From: Podarcis erhardii
Lineage: Eukaryota
NCBI GenBank assembly: GCA_964252035.1
Contig: OZ176203.1
Direction: 5' to 3' (one strand)
DNA: 64,000 nucleotides
The notes below the pieces were generated by a model that was given only the letters and a program-made list of their open reading frames with translations, was not told the origin of the DNA and did not search any database. Position numbers and translations under genes: made by a program. Below, piece by piece: positions 51,707 to 64,000 of the stretch (position 1 is its first letter; each line of letters opens with the position of its first letter).

Positions 51707-52371
51707 CCGTATTTTTCGCCCTATAGGACGCACCTTTTTCCCCTCCAAAAATGAAGGGGAAATGTGTGTGCGTCCTATGGGGCGAATGCAGGCTTTCGCT
51801 GAAGCCTGGAGAGCGAGAGGGGTCGGTGTGCACTGACCCCTCTCCCTCTCCAGGCTTCAGGAAGCTATCTGCAAGCCTTGGGAGCCCGCGGGAGTTCCCC
51901 CTGGGCTCCCCTGGCTTGCGCAGAGCTGCCTGCACCCTGAAGCCCGGGCGCGCTGAGCAGTCGCGCCCGGGCTTCGGGTAGCTGTGCGCAAGCTGCAGGA
52001 GGGCTCCCCCAGCTTGCGCAGAGCTGCCTCTTATCCCGAAGCCCCGGCGCGCTGAGCAGTCACGCCGGGGCTGTGGGTAACTCTGCGCAAGCCGCGGGAG
52101 CCCTCCCCCGGCTTGCGCAGAGCTGCCTCTTATCCCAAAGCCCCAGCGCGCTGAGCAGTTGCGCCGGGGCTTCAGGTAGCTCTCCGCAAGCCGTGGGAGC
52201 CCGGCGCCAGGCTCCCGCGGCTTGCAGAGAGTTGCCTGTTCTGGGGGCCCAGCCCCAGCCCCGCCCCAGCCCCGTGCCTGGGGGGGAAATAATTTTTTTC
52301 CCTTTATTTCCCCCCCAAAAAAACTAGGTGCACCTTATGGGACGGTGCGTCCTATAGGGCGAAAAATACAG
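51707..52371. mobile_element. Non-autonomous Tc1/mariner element with Tc2-type (Kanga/MER104-like) ends, copy A, GC-rich tandem-hairpin interior
   Basis: The 28-bp TIRs ccgtatttttcgccctataggacgcacc match at 27/28, and the TSD is TA. Confidence 0.88.
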
Positions 52372-53429
52372 TACATTTTACCCCACCTCCTCACAGATGA
52401 TAATGTGGGTGCCAGCTTAATCATGGTGGGTTTCAGGCACAGCAGTTGCATACAGTAGCATTTGCCAACCAGGTGCCCTCCAGATGTTTCATCTGGACTA
52501 CAGCTCCCATCAGTCCCATCATCATATTTGACAGGCTCCATCAGGCCTCTTTGCTCACTCCATCAGCTCTGGTGTGAAGGCCAGCTCCATCAGACACCTC
52601 CTGTGTCTGAACTGTAACAGCGGGTCATTATAGAAGCAACTGTTTAAGAACTGGTGCCCGAGTTTTGGTTTTGATTTTCCCGCTCCCTCCCTTTTCCCTT
52701 GGATGTTGTGGGTTTGTTTATTGTCAGCCTGAGGGTAGGGACTGCCTTGTATGTAAGTAGCTCTGGGAGCTGCTTTGCCTGAAGAGAGAAATCCAGATGT
52801 AGTAAAAAATAAAAAATAAAAATAAACACAAACCTATAACCAATGTCTTTAACAATATTGCTAGATTTTCTCCCAGACATAGTGGAGCTGTAATTCCATT
52901 GGCATAAGGCCACCCGAAGCATTCATTTATCAATAATTAAACTGCTATGTTTCTCCTGTGAGAAAGTTAAACAAACCATTACTTAAGCTGGCATTAAAAT
53001 TGGTTTTAGTACTGATAGATAGTAAATATTTTGATCTGTACATCCACAACTAAATATAGTTATGCAGACACTTCTTACTTCATCTTCCATATGTGTTTAA
53101 AGGGGAATGTGTAGGAACATACATGTTCTCCTGTCTGTATTTCTGAAGGCACTTGGAAAGAACACTGAACTCTTCATTATTGGGAAGGCGAAATGGTTGG
53201 CATGATTACCTAATTCACTTTCTAATTAAGGAGGCCACACACACCTCAAATCTTAGTGAACTTCTATTTTTTGCATAAGCTTCCCAATATTTTTTAAAGC
53301 TGAGCAAGAAAATTCTGAACTGAAATCTTCCCAGGATAAAGAATTTCAACATTACACAATGGGGGAGGCGGAACATGCCTGTATCAGCATCTCATCTGCC
53401 TTTCTATTGTGCCTTTTCCATTACTGCAG

Positions 53430-55022
53430 GTAACATTAGTTGCAAGGGGATGACAGAGCGCATTCATAGCATCAATCTCCACAACTTCAGCAATTCTGTG
53501 CTCGAGACCCTCAACGAGCAACGCAACCGTGGCCACTTCTGTGATGTGACGGTCCGCATCCACGGGAGCATGCTGCGCGCCCACCGTTGTGTGCTGGCGG
53601 CCGGCAGTCCCTTCTTCCAGGACAAGCTGCTACTGGGCTACAGCGACATTGAAATTCCTTCTGTGGTGTCAGTCCAGTCAGTACAAAAGCTCATTGACTT
53701 CATGTACAGCGGGGTGCTACGGGTCTCACAGTCAGAGGCCTTGCAGATCCTCACAGCAGCCAGCATCCTTCAGATCAAGACTGTGATTGACGAGTGCACC
53801 CGGATTGTGTCACAGAATGTGGGCGACATCTATCCAGTGATCCAGGATTCTGCCCAGGAGACACCGCGAGGAACTCCTGAGTCAGCCACTTCAGGACAGA
53901 GCAGTGATACAGAGTCCGGCTACCTGCAAAGTCACTCACAGCACAGTGTAGACAGGATCTATTCAGCATTGTATGCCTGTTCTATGCAGAATGGTAGCGG
54001 AGAGCGTTCATTCTACAGTGGAGCAGTGGTCAGCCACCATGAAACAGCGCTGGGACTTTCCAGAGACCATCGTATAGAAGACCCAAGCTGGATTACACGG
54101 ATCCATGAGCGCTCACAGCAGATGGAGCGGTATCTCTCCACTACTCCAGAAACTACACACTGCCGGAAGCAACCACGTCCAGTTCGGATCCAGACCCTCA
54201 TGGGCAATATTCACATCAAGCAAGAGATGGAGGATGACTATGACTACTATGGACAGCAGAGGGTACAGATCCTAGAGCGAAATGAATCTGAAGAATGCAC
54301 TGAGGATACTGATCAAGCAGAAGGCACTGAGAGCGAGCCCAAGGGGGAAAGCTTTGACTCAGGAGTCAGTTCCTCTATTGGCACTGAGCCTGATTCTGTT
54401 GAGCAGCAATTCATAACTGGTCTAAGCCGAGAAGGTCAGCAAGACCCTCCTCAAGCAGAACAAAATGATGCTTCTGCTGAAGGCATTCAGCAGCAGCACA
54501 TAGATGCCAACTCTTCCTCACCGGAGAGAGGCAATGACATTGAAAGGGACAGCACACTGCTCACTGTAAGCAACAGTACTGAAAAGGGGACTTTGCAGCC
54601 TTCTATCACTACGACTGTTGCCCAAACATTGCCAAGCACCCAGCTCTACTTACGCCAGACAGAAACCCTCACCAGCAATCTGAGGATGCCGCTGACTCTG
54701 ACCAGCAACACACAAGTCATTGGCACAGCTGGCAATACCTACCTGCCTGCACTGTTTACTACACAGTCTGCTGGCAGTGGTCCTAAGCCTTTCCTCTTCA
54801 GCCTGCCCCAACCCTTAGGCCAACAGACACAGTTTGTGACAGTCTCCCAGCCTGGTCTGTCAACTTTTACTGCTCAACTGCCAGCCCCACAGCCCCTGGC
54901 TCCTTCTGCAGGCCACAGCACAGCAGGTGGGCAGGGTGAAAAAAAGCCTTATGAGTGCACCCTCTGCAACAAGACTTTCACCGCCAAACAGAATTATGTC
55001 AAGCACATGTTTGTACATACAG
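53430..55022 (+). CDS. ZBTB20: ZBTB20 main coding exon (BTB/POZ domain, central region, zinc finger 1); short-isoform ATG at 53450
   Basis: It encodes [63 protein letters not shown]...[27 protein letters not shown]. Acceptor ttactgcag|, donor acag|gtaagt, 1593 bp, phase 1 at both ends. Confidence 0.98.
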
Positions 55023-56020
55023 GTAAGTGTGTGGCTCTTATTTGTGAGGCTGTAGGCTCAGAGAGGAAAAACATTTATAAATATGCAGTCGGTTAGAAGA
55101 GATAGTCTTCTATTTGACACCCTCACGTTGCATTTTAATAATAATAATAATAATAGTCATATGATGCTGAAAGAATTCATAATTGTCTCTTTCAACATCT
55201 TATTCTCATATATTGTAAAAGCACACCAGTTTGTTCTCAGACAACCGGAGAAAAAAATTCTTACAATTCTTCTGAAACGATATAGAAAGAGAAGGAAAGA
55301 ACATTAAAAAGTCAGATAAAATAAGGCAATGAACAGGAAGGTAGGAACTCTAATGGGATGGAAGAATGGGGCAGCTTCAGAGCTGCAAAGGTGAAGACTG
55401 CTGGTTGCCCACCTACGCAATACAGCAGCACATCTTCTTGAGAACAAATGAAAATTAAATGCTAGAACCAGTAAAGTTTTGTATCATAAGCAAGTTTTAT
55501 AGCTGTAAATATCTTTGAGATTTATTCTAAAAACCCTAAATGTAGGATCTTTCATGCCAAAAACTGGTTTCATCATGAATCCTGGATAAAAATAAATCCC
55601 AAAGTATACATTTTCCAATCTTTGTGGGAAGAAAATTTCAGTGACCTAGCTTGGAAAACTGATAAGTTTGAGAAGTGGGCACTAGCCTATGAAAAAGCAG
55701 GCCACCAAACATTGCCAGTTTATAAGGTGATACAGGACTCCTGCTCTTTATACTTTATTTTGCAATTTAATTTCTTGGCCAGGAAATTAATATAGTCACT
55801 TACCTGGCGAAAATTCATTGTTAAAAGCTACAAAGTGAAAAATGTAACTTTCAGTGTAAACACTTTTAAAAGCGTCTCCTTAACCTGTAAAGAGAAGCAT
55901 CATAGTCCATTTGGTTGGGAAGATAAATTATACCAAAGGGAGTTATAGCAAGGTGCAGGGGCCGGTATAGTATATTAGGAGATGGTGCCACACCTCAGCA
56001 ACTGTCACTTCTAACATATA

Positions 56021-56262
56021 CCGTATTTTTTGCTCTATAAGACTCACTTTTTCCCTCCTAAAAAGTAAGGGGAAATATGTGCGCATCTTATAGAGCGAAT
56101 GCAGGCTGCGCAGCTATCCCAGAAGCCAGAACAGCAAGAGGGATTGCTGCTTTCACTGCGCAGTGATCCCTCTTGCTGTTCTGGCTTCTGAGATTCAGAA
56201 TATTTTTTTTCTTGTTTTCCTCCTCCAAAAACTTGGTGCGTCTTATAGAGCGAAAAATACGG
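56021..56262. mobile_element. Tc2-type non-autonomous element, copy B, with internal 25-bp perfect hairpin
   Basis: TIRs ccgtattttttgctctataagac / gtcttatagagcgaaaaatacgg with TA flanks. It shares subterminal sequence with copy A. Confidence 0.88.
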
Positions 56263-56420
56263 GTATGTCTTATACTTCACTATGGATGCAGCTACAGCAA
56301 AGGCATGATCCCCTAATTCCATTTTTGATGCCTTGCTATAAAGTAGCTACCAGTTGCTGCTGTGTGCTGCACAGAGTGGGTTGAACCTTTAGCATGGTGT
56401 TAACTTCGAAATGTATTAAC

Positions 56421-56567
56421 CAGTGCTTTTTTCTGGGGGGACACAGGGGTACACATACCCCTAAACATTTTGTGCATCTAAGTTTGGCCTCATTGAGGGG
56501 CAGTATTTCAATATGAGTAGGAAAATGAGAGTACCCCCTAAACATTTTTTAAGAAAACAAAGCACTG
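56421..56567. mobile_element. hAT MITE, 147 bp
   Basis: TIRs cagtgctttttt / aacaaagcactg, with an 8-bp TSD matching 7/8 (gtattaac / gcattaac). Confidence 0.82.
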
Positions 56568-57058
56568 GCATTAACAGAAAGGTTTTGTATGTTTTGAATA
56601 ATATATTCCCCTTTATTAACATGATTTTAAAAAGTGTTTTAACTGATATTCAAAATTGCTAGCTAGCTAGATAAACAGAAATCTAGTGAAGCAAAACTCC
56701 CTGGCCTGTATGTCCTGTGTTAAAATATAGCATGCTCTAAGAAGGTTATCTAAACCAGCTATACATTAGTATCCACGGCATAACAAAACCAACAGTTCTT
56801 GTAGGCTGAAACTATACTGACAAGAGAAAGCCAAGAAACCACACAAATCTTCATTTTGGCCAAGTTACTTTATATTTGTGTTCATTTTCTGTTGTTTGAG
56901 AAAATGAGTTATCACCTTCAATTGAAGTAAGAGAGAAAAAATATCACATACAATGAAAGTAGATACTGATTTCCAAGAAAGCTCTCCTCCCTAACCATTG
57001 TTCTATAATTATAACAAAAAGAACTAGCTAATTCATTGGAGACCTTATTCACTGTTAA

Positions 57059-57541
<483 letters not shown>

Positions 57542-60500
57542 GTAAAATCTATTCTGTTATGAACAACAACAAAGCCCAACCAGAGAAACAACAACAAAAA
57601 GCTATGGCACTAGAATTTAATAATTTTTTTTTCATTTTTACTTTTTTGTTTGTTTATTTTCATTTCATTTTTGTACTACATGAAGAACTGTTTTTTGCCT
57701 GCTGGTACATTACATTTCTGGAAGCTGGGTGAATAGTAATTAGCTCAGCCTTCCTTTGATGGTGGCCTTAAGGCCAGATAGTGCTTCAAGAGATCTACTG
57801 GTTGGATCTCTAGCTACTGGCCTCTAAATACAACCCTTCTTTACTACAAAAAAAAACTTTTAAAAAAATCTTCTTTGTCACTTGTGAAGAGCACTACACA
57901 CAAAAAAACCCAACAACTAGAGGAGAAATATGTTATGAAATCTACAAGGCCTACTGTCGTAAGTACACCGCTTACAGTGTTTCAATGGACAGATTCACAA
58001 TTCTGACCGCTTTGGACTTCACAGTATCCAGTTAAAACTGTGGAATAGAACCATATGGTTGAGCAGCAACCACCGAAAATGGGCCCTATTGGATTCCACC
58101 ATTAGTCTTGCTATCTTAAAAAAGGGCTGTGGAGAAGGGCAAGGGAGTTTGGGTTGGATGGTGTGGAGTCCCTGCAGGATGGGGAAGGAGAATAATAGGT
58201 TCCTCTTGTGGATTCTGTTCCATTCCACACATTCTGATTCATGATTCCCAACTTCTTTCCTCCCCACTAACATCAACACCATATTTCATCAAAAGCTAGG
58301 AACAATGAAGTAAGAATTGAGGTGAGCAAAGCTGGCTTTTTATGTAATTTATTCAGTGTCTTTGCTGAGCCATGGGCCTCAGCACAATCAACGGGACTTT
58401 TGCAAATATCAAAGAGAAACAGCAAAAGGAAAAGATTTCAATATTTTTTTTCCCACCTAGTGTTCTAGATACACGAAAAGGATTAGCTCCCACAATCTTT
58501 GGGGGTGGGTTTGTTTCTTTGTTTTTTTAAAAGGCTGCATCAAGATTTATTCTTGTGGAGGAAAGCGACGTAGAAAGTGGGTGGGAAGTAACTAAAAAAA
58601 AAGTTCTCAAGATTTTTTTTAATTCAAAATTTTATAGAGGGACAGATGTGGTGTTTACCAGATAGAGTGCTGATTTTTTAAAAAAATATATTTACCACAG
58701 TATTTGTGTAAAAAAACAAAAAAAACAAAAGTGTAACCTTGTTAAAAGTAATTTTTGTTTTCTCTTTTGTTTTGCATACACTGCCACTAATATCTGCTCA
58801 GTTACATAGCTGAATATATATGTGTATGGTGTGCACATGTATAAATATATGCATATATATTTATACATGCGCGCGCACACACATATCTATCTATATCTAT
58901 ATATATATCATTGTAGATAAAGACTGTTCAGATTAGGAATCCTACTTCCAATTAGCAAGAGGGGAAAAGAGAACGAGGTGATCCTGATGTCTTGTTTCAA
59001 CAAAAGATAACGTATCAACCTTTTTCTGTTATTTTTCTCTGTGCTTTTTAGTAGTTTGAAAATAGCAGTCTGGGAGTAAAGTGATATTATATGTGATTTT
59101 CCCCTCCATCATATTCTGCCCGCCTTGTAGTGTCACTTGAAAAGCTGTTCTGAATTTGAAGTTTTGGTTTTATTTGGCTTTTAATTGATTTTCATCTAAG
59201 GTTCTGATGAAAGGAAATTGGTTTTCAGAAGCAAGATTTTAACACTATTTATCTGGCCTTTGGAATGGGAGTATTTGTTTTGCTCATAAGTCCTGAAGTC
59301 CCTAGGTGGGCAAAGTATGAAGATTGTTCTAACACATCCTGTTATTAATCTTCCATAAATGAGAAATGGATCCAGTCTCTTTAGTTACTAAGATACCATG
59401 ATTGTTCTTTTTCCTTACAAATACAGCTCATCTTCATTATTTTTCATCTGCAAAGATATTAAAGTTTGGATAGGTACAGAAAGGTGTGGCCCAAAGTGGA
59501 ATAAGGCAGGCAGGATATACATTAGAAATTCATTTTGTTTCGTTTTATTATTGATGCAAGGTGGTCCCCTAAGTTTTAACATCTTCCTAGAGGAGTTTTT
59601 GAGAATTTATCACCCAAGGTTGACTGACATGCTTTTAGTGCCTAGTTGAATTGGACCAATGTCTGACAAATCTCGTAAGCATTTGTCCTGTGCGGTAATT
59701 TCTAGTCCAAGCAAAGTGCCGTATTTTTTGCTCCATAAGACGCACCTTCTCCCACTGGAGCCTTGGCAACGGGACAGCGCCTGCAGCTCAGTAAGCCTGC
59801 CTCCAAAGGCAGCAGCAGCAGCAAAACTGAACTCATCGGCATTCCTGGTGGCTGCACCAACAGCCGCCGCCGCTCTTTTCAATGAGCCTCATTCTCCAGC
59901 TGCAACATCTATCTCCCTGGGCGGTAGCACCTCTCTCTCTCTCTCTCTGGCCTGGCATTAAGCCTCAACAGTTCCCCAAGAGAGAGGACACTGGAGGAGG
60001 GGGGCGGAGAGAGAGAGAGAGCTTGTCTAGATCAGGTGTTGTTAATTTGTATACTGCCCTCCATCCAAAGATCACAACATAAAAATGCAAAACAAAAACA
60101 GCAAAAGTGAAGGTTGCCGCCTCGCCTTGCAAACAAAACCCAAAAGTGTTGCCTGCCAGCCTTGCTTGGTCATCCAAGGGATAAAGAGACCCGTTTCCTC
60201 TATTTCTGGGCAACGTCTCCCTCAGAGCCTTCAGACATACATGGCCATCTGGCAGCTAAGAGGCGAATATATTGCTTGGCGGGAGATCCCCGTCCCAATT
60301 TGACAGAGCGCTGGCTCCCCCTCTGCGCTGGCTCCTGGCTGCTCTCATGCAAGTCACAGAGTCCCTCAGATGGACGCTCAGCGGGGGATGCTCACACGGG
60401 CGCCACCATTAGGATACTCACACAGGCGACATGCCACGCCCCCACTGCTCCAGGAACCAAAGTTCCCAGCTCTGCTGCTGCCAGGGACCACACATTCGCT

Positions 60501-63500
60501 CCATAAGACGCACAGACATTTCCCCTTCCTTTTTAGGAGGAAAAAAGTGTGTCTTATGGAGCGAAAAATACGGTACAATAATATGTAAAAGAAGACAAAG
60601 AGGAAATACTTAGATGGATTTTAAATGTATCCCTTTCTCAACCAAATTTGCTGAGACTATTCCTAAGCATGCTTATGTGGAAATAAATTCCATGGAAATC
60701 AGTGGGACCTACTCCACGTAACAGAATTACAGTGACAGAATTACTAACGTCTGTGGACTTTATGAGACACTCCTCCATGCTAGACAGCTTTATTCTTATT
60801 TATTTAATACTTAAATCTTCACTATTCCTTAGGGTGAAAACGTTTGTTTTACTGTCTATAATCTATCTGGGATGAAATGGCATAGTTAGGGGATATTGTC
60901 AGATTTCTAGGTAGCCACAGTTTGTATATGATTGTTTTCTGATCCTAACCAGTTGCAATGAGACAGCCTATCACATATGATAAATATTACAATATCATGA
61001 CAATATTTTCAAAGATGACATTGTTTCAACATTAACTTTTTAAAAAATGATTATTGGCACAAGTGAAAGGATATATACTGTTCTTATAAATTGTTTAAGC
61101 AATTTAGATGCTGCCCCTGTCACCAGTCAATAAATGCATGACATCCCAGTTCTAAACAAGCTGGGAAGAAACATGTGGGGAAGAAAGTCCCTGTATAGCA
61201 ACTTTATCCCCACTGGGCTCTAAACTGAGGAAAATGTGTTTAAGATTGAGATTATAAATGTTGACTCACATTGTAGTAATTCACAAACTAAAGGCAAAAA
61301 ATAGCCGCATCAGAATGAAAAGAGAAAGATCAGGAAGTGCACAAAAGTATATGACAGTGTCTTTTGGAAGAACATTATCTTCACTGAGTACAAATATAAT
61401 GTTCTTTAATTCACTTTAAGCAATATCTCAAATTTATTCACATGAGGAGAAAAGGTAGTTGTCAATAACAGAGGTGGGAAAGAGTACGATAAAATACCCT
61501 AATAATAAATTTGATTGAGGTGTCAAAAGAGGGACAAGTATTTGGGAAAGTGATGGGGAAGCAGTTTAGAATCAGTATTTTTGATCTTCGTTGTACTATC
61601 TCTGCTGTGAAAATCTGTATTAAAATATCAATATATAGTAATCTGATGCTCAATCACAAATGAAAAACGCCCATCAGAAATTATGACATGGTTCAGACAT
61701 TTACTAGGCAAGAATAGGCTTTGATTGGAGGAAGAGTAATTCAACACCCTGCCCACACAACTGAAATAATATATATTGTGTATGCTCCATGCAGACTTTT
61801 ATGTGCAGCTGATTCATTAATGTGATTTTACCGGTCTCCTGTCCTAGCAATGGAGCACCTGAATCACATGTTTCTTCCAGTGAATGGTGCAGAACAGAGA
61901 CACTTGCACCACTTCAACCCATGAAAGCTGTTACCACCTGTAAATGTCTGAATTAGGTAAATTAGATTTATGAAATTTAAACTGAGTGACATGCTATCTA
62001 AATACAGATTGATTTGTTAAAGAGCAATTCTAGAACTTGAATTATTTCCAGAGATTCAAGTTATGTTCCTGTGTCTGTAGTTTTGTACATTTAGCTACAC
62101 ACAATACCTAAAAAGATGTAGTTTTGAATTAAGTTTTGCTACTGCCTTCTGGATTTACACAACATCTCTTTTCCAAAACTAAAGGAATACAAAAGGGGTA
62201 TTAAGTTAGATGGTACCTATCCATGGGTACAAGCATAGTTTAGAGAGATGCAATCCAAAAGCTTTCTAGAGATGTTGTGTGGATACAGAACTCCACTCAT
62301 ATGTAAAGCGCACGCAGGTACTGAAGATAATGGAGCATCACCAAAGCTGTCTGTCCTTACTGAAACCAGTGATTCAGACCACTCTTGCAGTTAAATTTAT
62401 TTCTACATAGGCAGATTAAGCCACAAGGATTACTGTTAAAGAAACTAAAATTCAAAATTATATGGTTTTAATATTTTCCTTTCTAGCATGTATAAACATA
62501 CAAGATCCATGTTATATTCCCAATCTAACAAAGAGTGGTAGTTGGGGCTTAAGCACACCTAGTTTTGTTAGATGACAGCTCCTTGGTTTAAAAAAAAAAA
62601 ATCAATATAATTGGCAGTATACAAAAATTCCATATAGTTGTTTTCTAGCTTTACCGAATCCTAGTTTCTTTACTTTAGAAACTTTATTGCTTATTGCCAA
62701 AGGTCACCACAATCCAAAAGTCCTAATAATTTCATAGTTCCAGTGTTTGTTTTGGCACTGAATTAATTCTATAAAACAATTCATGTTGTATTTTTTTTTG
62801 TTATGTTTTAAATATATTTGCACTGAACTTAACTGAACTTCCATGTATGTAATTACTAAAGGGCTCAATAACAGCACTAAAATAATCTTCCTTTTTATAT
62901 TCTTTAAAATAGTCACTGAAAGCTTTGGATATATGAAGAATAGAAAACCCAGGTCGAGCCTTGTTTCTTTGCTGAGAAATGGGGAAAACCCTGGTTTGCA
63001 TATAAGGTAAATGATGCTATTATTCTCTGGCCACAGGAGTTATTTCACATACTGCTGCCCATTTCATGCCAGGTGGTGTTCAGGTTATACAGAATGGACA
63101 GTTTAAAGCTATGTCCTCACAGAACATAACCACAGTGCAAGCCTAACCATGTCTACTCAGAAGTCCTATTGAGTTCAATGGGACTTACTCCCAAGTAAGT
63201 GGGAGTAGGATTGGCACCTTAGTGCTTTATTGCATGTTACAGTGTACTATATGGGAAAAGAGGATGACTTGCATTCCTGCTTTTTGCTACGTGTTTTCTT
63301 GTCTGAAAACATGCTCGTTCTCTTTTCAGGTTGGGTAACATGTACAGCTGCATTGCTCTCTGTCTCATTTTAGATCATTCCAAATTGTAATAAGCAGTGC
63401 CAAGGGGGAAAAAAAGAGGGGTCCTGTGACATACAGAATTCTTGCATTTTTCTGCCATACTTTCTCCACCATACTGTTTCCCTTTACCCCAAATTTTACC

Positions 63501-64000
63501 CGGCAGTAGTGATGATAAAGGCTGTGGAATATAGTCTGCTGTAGTGTTCAGGGGTCTAATCAAATCTGCAGCAAGTAGCCTTTCTCATTGCCTCCACCAG
63601 GTAAATTTAATGGCAAATGTAAGGAGATCTGGGGTGAGGCCAAACAAATTACAAGCTGAATACAAACACTGATTGCTTTTGTTCTGCTTATAATTAGATT
63701 GAAAATTCTGAACTGTGGTTCCCAAGACCAAGCTTTCGAGATTTCTAGTTAGCATGCCCTGAGCCTCTGATGGTGGCATGATGTGTTACAGTCACTTAGA
63801 CTAGCACACACGGCAAGGAGCCAAGGCTGTTTGGCAGTGACTGTAGGTAGTAGGTGAATTGAACTTAAACTGGATTTGGCATTTGGTATCTGAAAACGGA
63901 TCAATTTAAGAACACCATTTGTATGGCTTTTTAAAGAGGACACTGTCATTTACTTTTGATGCAAAGAAATTCATTTCACAAAAACATTTTAGAAAGCATA
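57542..64000 (+). other. ZBTB20: Probable long ZBTB20 3' UTR, end not defined
   Basis: The sequence after the stop is U-rich and repeat-poor, and the first AATAAA I found is at 60682. Mammalian ZBTB20 is known to have a very long 3' UTR. Confidence 0.5.
59719..60573. mobile_element. Tc2-type non-autonomous element, copy C (855 bp), inverted relative to A and B, unrelated interior
   Basis: TIRs ccgtattttttgctccataagacgcac / gtgtgtcttatggagcgaaaaatacgg, flanked by TG and TA. The subterminal block shared with A and B sits at the right end. Confidence 0.85.

Noticed and set aside
51900-52240. CRISPR-like array
   Set aside because: The units are whole tandem repeats with no unique spacers, inside a TIR element in a vertebrate genome.
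53375-55096. 573-aa ORF taken as a complete single-exon gene
   Set aside because: The first 18 codons and the last 24 are intronic. Canonical splice sites at 53430 and 55022 join it to the flanking ZBTB20 exons.
55460-55475. atgctagaacc as the MLER start exon
   Set aside because: It lies downstream of the BTB exon and has no GT donor at the required position.
63160-63225. Short catgtctactcagaagt...ttactcccaagtaagt motif, with weaker copies near 38875, 49270 and 60660
   Set aside because: It looks like a common old squamate short repeat and is too decayed to delimit or classify.

Overview
This is vertebrate (squamate, most likely lacertid lizard) genomic DNA carrying the 3' part of the BTB/POZ-zinc finger gene ZBTB20 on the + strand. 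Three coding exons are clear: 37710-37897, 53430-55022 (BTB domain plus zinc finger 1) and 57123-57541 (zinc fingers 2-5 and stop). A candidate upstream ATG exon lies at 25918-26012, and a long 3' UTR probably follows the stop. The rest is intron filled with typical squamate repeats: Sauria SINEs, a Squam3-type SINE, CR1, L2, L1, RTE/BovB and other RTE fragments, a Penelope-derived inverted repeat with a minimal hammerhead ribozyme motif, a probable solo LTR, and hAT and Tc1/mariner MITEs. A 140-N assembly gap sits at 31318-31457. Most entries in the supplied ORF track are spurious or are repeat fragments. The leads most worth checking are the Penelope hammerhead, a Tc2-type transposon family with shared ends but three different cargos around ZBTB20, possible isoform-switching exons, and an unassigned decayed coding-like segment near 3.3-4.2 kb. 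All family names come from motif recognition; no database search was run.
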